Assembly: GCA_015680685.1 (NCBI GenBank)
Contig: MNCI01003159.1
Coordinates: forward strand, 477,751 to 541,750
DNA length: 64,000 bases
Reading direction: 5' to 3'
Source of the DNA: Gnetum montanum
Taxonomy: Eukaryota > Plantae > Gnetophyta
Shown here: piece by piece, positions 1-10,933 of the stretch
How the letters are laid out: the number at the start of each line of letters is the position of its first letter
How positions within the stretch are numbered: the first letter of the stretch is position 1
Program-made: the position numbers and the translations under genes
The notes under the pieces: model-generated
What the model was told of the DNA's origin: nothing
Databases searched by the model: none
Seen by the model: only the letters and a program-made list of their open reading frames with translations

Positions 1-571
1 AAAAGTTTAGATGGTCAAATTTGTGAAACAGCAGCAAGAGTAGCTTGCTAAGGTAAACACGGACTTGAGGAGGTTGGCAGTGGAGAATTGTCATATGTCA
101 ATGGAGGAAGTCTAGGCACTTCACCAAAAAATGGCCATTGAGGTAGCCACCTAGAAAAATAACACCCTGAAATTCGAACGTGTGAAAAATCACTATAGGA
201 CATGTTGGCATATTTCCTACCATTTCATGGAGCAGTGATAGCCATAGCTAAGGAAAATTGGATTCATAATTTTATTCCAATAATTTAAGAACTGAAGGAG
301 GTTTAACTAGACAGGCCAACTAGACAGTCCAATAAATTAGGGAAGCTTAGTTACGTCTGCCGTCATGAAATGAAAATTTGAATTGCCAAAGTTAATTCGA
401 TACCTTGGCAAATTTTCATAGGCAATCATTGACAAAGCTGTGAAGCAAAACTTAGCCTTTCGCTTGTATTCGTGCATTCAAAGTTGATAAATCACTAGGG
501 TTTTGCTAAAAAATGAAGAATTTATCTATGTTGTGCCATGGTTGCTGTAATTGTTTTTTGTGGTTACATAG

Positions 572-944
572 CACGCATTTGAAACGCTACAGGAAATCCG
601 TAGCTCTTGAAAGATATGAGAAACAGGTGTTCATCGTGCATTGAGGTTTTGAAAAACGTCGTGTAGGCGGCTGTCAATAATGCGATAACCTTGAGCATGG
701 AACCGTTGCCGTTGGCCGAACCGCTACAGGCTCTAAGAAAGGCGGTGGACAGCTGGGCCAGATCTTGCAGCAATGCGAATACGAGACTACTGCATTTCGA
801 AGTAGCTGTGTGCACAGAAGAAGAAGAAGACGCTGTAACGACACTGGAATGGCTACAAACAGAACAACACGTGGAGCTGTGAGGTTGCCCCTTCTCTGCA
901 CAAGCACGTATCAGCAGCAGCAACCCAGCCTTTCTAGGCAACAA
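572..944 (+). pseudogene. Unidentified decayed exon-like gene fragment
   Basis: T-rich tract plus CATAG acceptor at 567-571 and a GTGAGT donor at 945. CpG-rich, with a protein-like frame (…LSMEPLPLAEPLQALRKAVDSWARSC…) containing stops and one frameshift. Confidence 0.4.
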
Positions 945-1154
945 GTGAGTGGTAGGCGCACAAGAAATTGTATTGCGTCGGTGTGCTGTGTGTCGTGGAG
1001 TCGAAATTGAAGTTCTGATTTTCCCCGAAATGGCCTGAGTTGTAAAGCTTTTTGTCACAAAGACGTATTTGCACTGTTGCAGACCGTGCGTGTTTGAATC
1101 ATTATTTTTTTAAATTACCTGTCGTTGAACTCAGAGCGTTTTGCTCCGCTTCCA

Positions 1155-1466
1155 TTGGAGTTCATGGCGCAGTGTAACTCGGTGAAGGCCAAAGATTCAA
1201 ACCCTAACTGCCAAATTACTGTGAAGCGGCGCACCAACGATCATCATCTTCAGGCGGCAATGACTTTTTCTAACAGCCACGAGAAGCTCGTCGACGGCTC
1301 TAACGTCCATGCCCAGGACATCTGCAACTTTATCCTTCACAAATCCCGGATGCTGGAGATCAAGCAGATGTTCAAGGACAATGAGCAACCTTGGTCCATT
1401 ATAATCCCCAAAGAAGAGCTCAAATCCATCGCTAAGCTTCCTAAGCCAAGGATAGTAAGAAAGCAA
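1155..1466 (+). pseudogene. MRPL53: 5'-truncated copy of mitochondrial ribosomal protein mL53 (MRPL53), no intron across this span
   Basis: EFMAQCNSVKAKDSNPNCQITVKRRTND...LEIKQMFKDNEQPWSIIIPKEELK...KPR matches plant mL53 as recalled (EFLAQCNARKAKESNPNCQVLVKRRTD...LETEQMFREAGEQWPVIIPEEEL...KPR). The N-terminal MLKFLSKV-type segment is missing and the frame runs on past the normal C-terminus. Confidence 0.85.
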
Positions 1467-4400
1467 GATAACGAGAGTGGCGGATGCAGGAATAAGTGCA
1501 TAGGCAACATAGTCCATGTGACAGACAGCAACCGAGGTCTTCTCTTCTCATTTATCATCATCACCATTATTTACCAACGCAGACGCCAACGCCTACGCCC
1601 ATGGTGAAAATTTTTGTGCTCAAAGTTCCACGTTTCAAATTGCGCAAAGCTAGCATGCTGTCCATGACTGGCATGATGGGAGGACGAGGCCCAACGCCAC
1701 AAGTATTGAGCATGCCATTAGTCCATGTGTTCACTCCCTGATTCAACTCCAAACCAAACGAAACCAAGCCAGCCCAAGACTGGTGCGCCAATTTCCTGTA
1801 CCACTGCTGTGATGAGGCCTTGGATTTTGACGGCAATGATGTGGTAGGACATCATTGAGAGTTGCTGTGAAAATACCAGGGTCGAGGTAGTGGCGAGTAC
1901 GTCAGCGATGATGCCAGCGACGGCCACACAGAGAGTTCATCTGGTAATTGGTCCACATGGAAGGATAAGCACTGGACATGGTCCGTATTATAATGCTATC
2001 TCCAACCTCGCCGAGCATTGGTCCACATAATAAGCATGGTTATAGCTACTGCCATATTGAGGATGATTGGAGTTGTTCTCTTTTACCCGTTTCAATTTAA
2101 AAAAAAAATTGTACGTTGATAGATAAATAATAATAATAATAATAAATTTTATTGTTCAAGAAGAAAAGGAATTCATAGGATAGTTATCCAATGTCTTACA
2201 TAAACAGGACACTTCCTAAGTTAACTTCCTATGGTTTTTATAACTAAATCCCCATGATGTTTGTGACTAACCTTAATTCCTCATGATGATTGTAACTACT
2301 AAGAAGCCACTATAAAAAGAGCTTCAAGGGTCGAAAGGGGGAGAAATCAAGAAGAATTATTGAAGACTACTTATAAGAATGGCTTGCTAATTGCATCATC
2401 AATTTAACTACTTTGTTTAAATCCTATGAGTTCTTTTCTTCTCATTTTGTCTTAGTTGCTTAGCTAATGGTTTAGATATTTCTGTGCTTGGCATTCAAGT
2501 TTGGGATTTTCTAGATTGCTCTTATAGCTCTATTTTTGTGCAATTTTAGACTTCTATTTGGTTGCCATATAAGAGCTTATGTTGTCTTTTGAAAAGCATC
2601 TTGAGCAATTTAATAGTCATGTCATTATGAAATTGTTTGTTTGAGTTTAGAGGATCTAGAAAATCTTTAATATTTTGAGCTAACTTGAAATAGCTTCAAT
2701 TTTTAAAGTCTTTTCCTTGATGTTTCAATCTTGAAATTATTAAATCTTTTCTAATAGCTCTATTATTTACAATTCTTGACAACTATTTAACTAGCCAAAT
2801 AATGGCTTGTATTTTGTCGTGTATAAAGTATTTTGGTAGTTTAATAAAAGTGTTTTTTTACGAAATTGCTTGTTGAGCTCAAAGAGTTTGGAAAATTTGT
2901 ATTACTTTAAATTGAATTGGAATAGCTTTATTTCAAAGTGTTTCCTCATGTTTAATTTATCTCACTTAAATGTTTGAGATTTCACATAAATTTGCATTTT
3001 CTTTCCTCTTCTCTTTTAAAATTCATTGAATATTACTCTATTTTTAGTTTTCTTACGAAACTTTCTCTCTTAGGGAAATCAAGAGTAGATTTCTGCAGGA
3101 TTGTGCATAAGCATTTTGGTGAAATTTTATTTGTTTCAAGCAACATACTATAGGGACTGTGTAGACTAAGTGACTTGACAAAATAGGAATCTTTAATGAC
3201 TCACAGTATCCAACAATGTTAGCTAAATTTCTCTAACCAATTACAGTTTCATACACAAACCTAACCATTTCAACGTTCATAATAGAAATTACACATGTAC
3301 ACTTACTTCACTCTATTACCACTAAGTTTATTTGGAGGTATGTAGGTGTTGGTGTTGCTAGAGACCAGTAAGCATCTAAACTCAAGTTTGAAGAAACATC
3401 TTTATTTTTAGTGATTCTAGTCACGAGATCAAAGGAAAACATTGACAGTCCTAAATAGTCACTAACAAGACCATGTTGGACTCCTCAAGGAGGTAAATGA
3501 GAAAGAGATTCCACTTGCTAAGGCAAAAATGAACGAGGCCCTTCAGTAGCTCCAATAAAGAGGTGATGTATGGCAGTCAATCTTCGATGATCTCAATGCC
3601 TATAAGAAAGCAAAAATCTACCTAAAGCAATTGCAAATTAAAGAGATGATAGAATATATGGAGCTTTCCAACCTCTATTATGCACACTTAATGATGTTGA
3701 TAGCTAGAAGGCCAAGGTTAGAATTGAAAAAATAAGTGGGCAGCTTGTACCTCCTCTATGGGTTCGAGTTTAAGCACCACAAGGACACCAAAGCAAAAGA
3801 TGAAAATAGCTAATGTAGAGCTTGAAGTTCTTATAAGTTGATTCACTAACCAACGATCAGTTGTTGAGAACCTAGCTAGGATAAGGAATGACTACTATGA
3901 ATTGTAGAACCTTGTAAAGATGTTTGACATCAAACATAAAAAATTCACAGCATGGTTTGTCAATGTTAAGAAGTTGTTTTCTATAATGTCATGTCCATGA
4001 GACATCCTTGTACCAACCCACATTGGTGAAGCTATGTGGACTATGTATGATGCACATAGTAAGGAGGAGAAGATGAAGACATTACTAGATGTCTTTCATC
4101 TTTCACCAAAAGCAGTAGCTATAGTAGGTAAGCCATAGCCATAACCTTAGCCTTAACCACAACCACCGTGAGCAATGTAGCTTAGAGAAGCTTCTTCAGC
4201 ATCCCAGGAGCCTCCACCTCCTGATACTATTTGATTTCCTTCTCATCTTCAGTAATCAAAGAACCACCATGGGTCATTTTTGTAAGGGTGTCCAATTTTG
4301 TTATCTAGGATACCCATGTTTATTAATTTTTGTAAATCCTTATAATCTGACACTTAGAGTTAGTTAAGTAGAGTTTATCATTCAATAATTTCATACCTTC

Positions 4401-4470
4401 TTAATTTTGTAAGAAGCTTAATTCCATTCTTGTTCACTTTAGGATGAGTTTTCATTTAGTCATGTGCATA

Positions 4471-5334
4471 TGATAAATCATGCAATAGGTTGTGCTAACG
4501 GGCATGTGTCAACACAACCTCATTGATGTAGCCCTATCGACCATGGTTAGATGCATCGATGTAGTGTCCAGTCTTACCTATATAAATGTGCATGCCTACT
4601 ACATTTAAGGCACGTTAAGTCCATAGCATAGCTGAAGTCTTGCAATTTTCTTAGCCCAAAATTAGAATATTTTCTAAGCAACCACAGTAGGAGGTCAAGC
4701 AATTATACGGATCTTTATTCGAGCATCTTGAACCTAAATAGATTGATGTGACCAGCAATAAAGACGAGATTATTGACATTCTTACTTGGGATAGATTAGT
4801 ATTTATTTCATGCACTTTAAAATTAATGTAATTTACATTCTTTTTAAAATACCTATTGCATTTGATAATTAATTAACACATAAGTACAACCAAATCAAAC
4901 ATACTATTAATGTTTGGTAATCCCAATAGTGTTATCACTTGGTACGCCTAGTAGCCTAACACTTGGTAACCCAGCAGTGTTCATAACAAGTTCAGGATGT
5001 GCACGTAAGGTGTACCTAGATGCTTATGTTAAGATAGCTAGATTAAGGAATTAGATAGTGAACTAGTAAATTTACAATTAATTACCTTTTTTTCCATATA
5101 GATTAGATAAAAGAAAATATAAAAATATAAATAAAAATCATGTGCCTTTGCTTATACTTAACCATACGCTTGCACTTACACAAATGAAGCTAAGAAGACA
5201 ATGATCACATCTCTAAGTCACTATCTTTGCCCATCAATGCATTTGGAAAATAAAGTCCATAGAATTCAACCAAATCACTAGTGCAACACTTATAATTTGT
5301 ATGGCTGGACGTAGGATCTACTTACTACTCATCA
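4471..5334 (+). mobile_element. 3' LTR of an Athila-type element that begins upstream of the window and is inserted in the 5' LTR of a Tat element
   Basis: TGATAA...CTCATCA termini, similar to LTR 43890-44806, following the env-like ORF. The next bases (CTAATGAAGG) match the uninterrupted site at 29492. Confidence 0.8.
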
Positions 5335-7305
5335 CTAATGAAGGGAAATTAATCCTCAAGCAACAACATATAGAAAGTGCAGATGTTTAAGAATTAGTTA
5401 TCTTTCAATACAAAGAAGTAGATCCAAAAATAGGTAGATCAAAAATTACTATGTATCACCATGAAGTGGCAGAAAATTTGTTTGCAGTAATTGTTGATTG
5501 TTCAAGGCTTGCTAATGACACTATTAGGGAGCAACAACAAAGGATCGAAAGGTTGAGGAATTTACATCATTTCATGTAGTTAGATTTTTTTATTTTAAAG
5601 AACAAGTTTGAAGAACAAATAAAGATATCCCAAATTAAAGAGGCCAATATAGAAGCTCTCAAAATAGAAAATATAAATTACATAGAGATTTGGCCAAGAA
5701 GGATCAAAGACTTAAAGTAGAAGATTTAAAATAGAAGGATAAATTCAAAATTGTTATCAATGAATTAACAACCATGAAGTAATAAGCAAAAGTAGTCATG
5801 GCCAATATTAATGAAATGAATATTAGGAAAGAAGTTTTTCAGAAAGCTGTTATAGCCACTAATGATTTCATGAGCTGGGCTAATGAAAAAAGAGAGTAAT
5901 TATCTGAAATAGAAATAAAATTTCTAGATGATGTAATAAATGGTAGTATGCACTGAGTTGAATGGATTAGAAGGGCCAACGTAAATCTTATTGATACTTT
6001 AGAAAGGATGCATGGATGTGAGAGTAACATAAATAAAACCATTAATGCCATGACAAAAGTAATGACAAACCATTAGAAGAAAAGATAGCAAAGGCTTTAT
6101 CCACTAATGATGCAAAAGAAGTGACCAAGTCATTGTTATTAGTACACAAGCAAAGTTATTTTAAAAGCCTAGTGCAACCAAAAGATAATCATGTTGAAGA
6201 ATTTGCACAAGAGACTCTAACGATTGTAGAAGTCCAAAAGCAATTGAACATTTTAGACTTTCTTAAAGATGTTGTTGAAAATAAAGTGGCTAGTAGTTCA
6301 TCATAACTATCTTCTAACCTCTTTGCAGTTATACATGAATAAGTTACAACTAATTTTTCTTGTTTTGGCTATAAAAGGCATGACATTTTTGTAAATGATG
6401 GGGAGGAAATTTGAAAAAATAATACTAAAGCATTACTTATAAAATAGCATTCTAATTTCAACAACAATTTACCTACTTTGCTTTCATCCTATGAGTTCAT
6501 TTGCTTTCTATTATGTCTTAGTTGCTTAGCTAATAGTTTAGATAGTAATATGCTTGGTATTTAATCTTGGGATTGTCTAATTGCTCTAATAGCTCTAGTT
6601 TCTACAATTCTTAACATCTACTGACTAGTTGTATAACAACTTGTATTTTTCCCTTAAAAAGCATTCCAAGTAGTTTAATAGTAATGTCTTTTATGAAATT
6701 TCTTATTTGACTCTAGAGGATCTTAATAATCTCTAATATCTTGGGTTGATTTGAAATAGCTTTACTTTCAAAGTATTTCTTCATGTTTATTTTATCTCAC
6801 TTAAAACTCTTAAGATTTTACACCATTTTGCCTTTTCATCTTTTCTTAAATCCATTGAATCAAGCTCTATTTCGATTTTTCTTACAGAATTTTCTCTCTA
6901 GGGAAAACTAGGAATAGATTTTTGTAGAATTGTGCTTAACTGTTTTGACAAAAGTTTGTTTGTTTCAAGTAATGTACAATTAAGACTATGTGGACTAAGT
7001 AGCTTTCACATAATAGGATCTTTTAATCTCGTAGTTTAAGGTAAAGTTAGCTAAATTTCTATCATAATAACTAGTTACAGTTTAATATACTATATAAGTC
7101 ATTTTAATGTTTCTAATAGAAATCACACATTAGTTTGCTTTATTACCACTAAGTTTGCTTGGAGGTATTGGGCCTAGTTGCTTTCCAGAGATTAGCAAAC
7201 ACCTAAACTTGAGTTTGAAAGAACTCCCTGTTTGAGTGATTTTAGTCATAAAGCCAAAGATCATGAAGTTGGTGGTAGGAAAGAAGTCCTTAGTGGTCAC
7301 CAAAA
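5335..7305 (+). mobile_element. 3' part of the 5' LTR of Tat element 1
   Basis: Direct repeat of 29492-31460. Contains TATA at ~6371, ends at CACCAAAA and is followed within ~250 bp by gag. Confidence 0.8.
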
Positions 7306-7560
7306 GTTCTTCTTCATGCTAGAAGGGCTAAATTAAGCTTTTGTTCTATTCATGACTAAACATCTTGAGAAATCTAGAAAATTTGGAAATCCTAAGGAAT
7401 ATGCAAGTTACAAGACTAAGCCTTCATCAGAAGAAGAGAAAGAAAAAGTTTGTGAAGTACAAGTAGTGGAGTTAAAGATAGAAGGATTAGAAGTTCACTC
7501 CATTTATCTAGTTTGTTAGTCTTTAGAAATAGAATGAGAAAATTTAGAAGAAATCCCAAT

Positions 7561-9421
7561 ATGGCAAACCCACTGCCAATAAATTCTTGTCAAGTAGCTG
7601 TACCCTTAAGATTTCCTGACTAGCATGATATCCCTAAGGAAATTTATAAATATTTACTTGAGACTTATATCCCTTGAAAAGCTTACTTGGTTGAAGAATA
7701 TGTTCAGTTATTTGAGTTAGCATTAGCACATGCAAATGTCCAACATCAAGACTAGGCTTATAGACTGTTTGTGGTCAATCATAGACATGGCTCAAATTTG
7801 GTATTCTAACTCACCAAACGATATTATTATAAGCTAGGATGATATGAAGAATTTTTTCATAGGTTAGTTTGGCAATTAGATTGATAAGCAACAACTATAT
7901 TTTGGATTAGCTCAAAAAAAATAGAATACAAAGGAATTAGTTAGGGAGTTCAATATTAAATTCTAAAGAAATTGTGGCCTATTCCAACAACAATATAAAC
8001 CACCCAATGAAATTCTTAAAGAGACATATTTGAGTGCTATTAATCCAAAGGCATTAATATGGTTGAGAAGAACTCATAATTTGAATACTTTAAACGATTT
8101 GTTTACTAAATCCATTCAATTGGAAAAAAATTAAATATAACTAATAGTGAAACAATTCAACCTTCAAACCATAAACAAAAATTTGTAGTTCCCTTGCATA
8201 ATATAACTTAGTTCAAGATGCTTCCTTCAACCAACAAAGAATCAAGTATAGATCCATCAAATCAAGAAAGAAAGCAAGAAAAAGAAAAGTTTCTTAAGGG
8301 TTTGTCAAATAAAGTCATAAAATTAGAAGAAGCTTTAGCTAAAGTGAAGGTTAAAGAAGATTAAAATCACAAAAAAAAAAACATAGACATCATGAGCTTA
8401 AAATAGTAGATTCTGATGATGATGAACCTGTAGCAATTTCAAACTTCTTGGATATTGAGTTTGAGAATGAATTCTCAAACACATATTATGTTCATAAATC
8501 TTTTGAGAGCAAAAGTTCTTCATTAATAAATTCAGAAGATGACTTCTCGTTTGATGAAGAATGCATTAATAATGAAGGTTACAATTTAAGATCCAAGGAG
8601 AAAGAAAAAATGAATTTTTCTAGACCACCTAATAGTATTCCTGAACCTACTCCTAAGCAAAAGCCTTTCAAAACAAAAGAGAAAGAAAAGAAAAATTAGA
8701 AAGAGGATGCAAACTCTCAAGGAAGTTCATTGAATACTTAATGGTATAGAAGAAAGAAAATTTATGGTGAAAAAGAATATGACCTAATAGAGGATCTCAA
8801 ATTTATCAAAGCTAATATAAGTATATTTCAATTGAAACAAATGGATGGTCAGCAAAAGAAAATCTTGGAAATGATTAAAGGAAAGAAGAAAGTAGGGGAA
8901 TCTTAGGAAAATGTCATCTATAATGAGGATAAGGCTAAGCCAAAGTACCCATGTATACTTGATAAAGAAGCCCCTTATTTTCCCATAATAATCAAGTTAA
9001 ATGGAAAGTATTTGCATAATTGTTTTAGTTGATTTAGGAGCTGCTTCAACTCTTATGCCATTATTGATTTGTAAATAGTTAGGTCTCACTCTAGAATAGT
9101 CAAATAAAAAGATTGTTCACGTAGAAAAGAGTAGAGTCAAATTTGTGGGACAGTTGGAAAATGCGTTACTCCAAATAGCTTCTAAACCTCACATTAAAAG
9201 TAGAGTAATGGTTCAAATAGCAAATATTCCAAATTCATATAGTCTTCCTTTGAGCTAAAGTTGGAGCAAAAATCTCTCAAGATACATAGAGACTAATTAT
9301 TCACACGTGGTTACCTTGGGAAGGGGAACTAAACCAAATGTATATTTATAGCAAGCCCTTTATGGTAAGGAATGTTACTTCCGATGGCAAGAACAAGGTC
9401 ATTGAAACTAAGAATATCTTA
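7561..9421 (+). pseudogene. Tat element 1 gag and aspartic protease (degenerate)
   Basis: MANPLP...PLRFP...VEEYVQLFELALAHANVQHQD*AYRLFV (Tat-type gag). Protease region KLNGKYLHNC..DLGAASTLMPL...YSLPLS*SWS with many stops and frameshifts. Confidence 0.8.
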
Positions 9422-10495
9422 GTTGGTGATGAGTGGCGAGGTACCCCTACACTCAACCATACGAATACAAGCGTTCACACATGATCCAATCAAACTCTGC
9501 AGACAGGCTGGTTGTGGTATCTAGACAGTTACACATTGATCGCAGTTCACTGTCTTCCCACCTGGACTAGTATTTGCTTTTTCACGTATGGTGTAGTCCA
9601 GAGTGAGGTGTATGATGTGGTCCTAAGCTAGTGCTACTCCTAAAGGTAGTGGAAAATAACTCTAATTAACCTAAGAGGGAAAGGAAGAAGAGAATCTAAG
9701 CTAGCCTAAGTGTGATGAGCTTCTATCCTTAATCATCCATACACATCTTGGACCTCATGTACTACTACTAGGATTACCAAGCACATGTCCTAGGTATGCT
9801 ACTAGGATACCAAGTAGTCACACTTAAATGCTCATGATTAAGTCATACTCATTCCATGTTTACTAACAGGGGTAAGAGATGAGGGTAGAGAAATATTAAT
9901 TATGAAAGCAATAAATAACAATTAAAATTAAGTGAATGTTGCAATGATGAAGTAATCTCAATCTTTATTGCTGGTCATGTGTGTGTCCAAGTACTTCACA
10001 CTCGAATAAAGGTTCCATACAATTACAATCATCACATTGTGGGCATGCACTGGGGAAAGGTTGAGAGGAAAAAAACTGAAAAAAAGATCCTACTCTAACA
10101 CTAACTTCCTCTAACTTTCTTGTGCGTCCAATTGTGTATTTATAGGCTCACATAGGAACCATGATATCGGATATCCAATATCACTAGCTAGGCCATGATA
10201 TCGTGTACCCGATATTAGGACTCATCTGATATCAAGGGTTCGATAGTAGGGGTCCGATATTAGCACCTGGTTAACAAGGGTCTGATATCAACACCTAACA
10301 AACCATGATTCATCATACCCACACAACTGAATAACAACTTGTCCTCGAGTTAAACAAAATGAGAACAAGTCTAATTGATTACATAGTGGATATGTATGGG
10401 ATTATTGACTAACTAGGAATTATTCATGCTGCAATGTGGGATAGAACAAAACAAAATTTGGACACAAACACAAAATTACAAAACTTTGTTGGAAT

Positions 10496-10933
10496 TCATG
10501 TGGTTCCAGGTGCTGGTGGTTCCTCCATGGATGCCTTTCCTTTGTCCTGCATGCCAAGCTTCTGAGATTGATACCATTGAAGAAGTGCCTGACATTTCTC
10601 CTCTTCTATCTGAGGATTATGAGCTATCCATGCTAATGTTCCAATATTTGATGGATTCGACACTTCCCATGAACACAGCAACTGTGGGAACACTTGATTG
10701 GCCTTGACATGCCATGTCGCAAATAGCCATTGTTCCTCTCCATAGGCTCAGGCTCTGACCTCTCCACCTTTTGCTTAGCTAGATTGTGCAGTGACAAGAG
10801 TTCCCTGATGGATGCTGAATGATTATGCCTCCTACTCTGCATGTTCTACATCAGGTCCATGGCTTTTGCCTCCCCTTGAGCATTTAGTTGCACCTTGAGA
10901 AGGTCCTCCTTGTTGTCCTCTTTTAGGGGCCAT
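10496..10933 (-). pseudogene. 145-aa mini accessory ORF (MAPKRGQQGGPSQ...DKGKASMEEPPAPGTT*), miniature of the env-like ORF
   Basis: A single frame of 146 codons with four in-frame stops, all explainable as C>T. Three of them are CAG/CAA/CGA in the sister copy at 25481-25898. Confidence 0.75.

Larger units (their letters stand above)
203..3467 (+). mobile_element. Solo LTR of the Tat-type LTR family, containing gene-like cargo
   Basis: Termini TGTTGG...CTAACA. It interrupts an otherwise continuous env-like frame, with a degenerate 5-bp TSD (GGACA/AGACC). The TATA box at ~2310 and the ~1.1 kb downstream match 6370-7305, 30526-31460 and 34995-35897. Confidence 0.7.
1..4234 (+). pseudogene. Degenerate C-terminal half of an Athila env-like accessory ORF (segments 1-202 and 3468-4234), split by a solo LTR
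   Basis: 1-202 reads MVKFVKQQQE*LAKVNTDLRRLAVEN...KNHY and 3468 onward reads HVGLLKEVNEKEIPLAKAKMNEALQ...EPPPPDTI*. Both are colinear with the copy at 42660-43652 (MVEYICQQQE*LTKVHLDLRRLVADN...KNHYKNQVKMFNEINEREIKLAK...EPPPPSTV*). Confidence 0.8.

Noticed and set aside
1125-1607. Functional 160-aa mL53 gene
   Set aside because: It lacks the conserved N-terminus, the listed start is TTG, and the frame reads into unrelated sequence; treated as a fragment.
10426-10842. ORFs 10426-10707(+) and 10633-10842(-), and counterparts at 25513-25917
   Set aside because: These are antisense or alternate-frame shadows. Only the MAPKR frame has a start context and homology to the long ORF.
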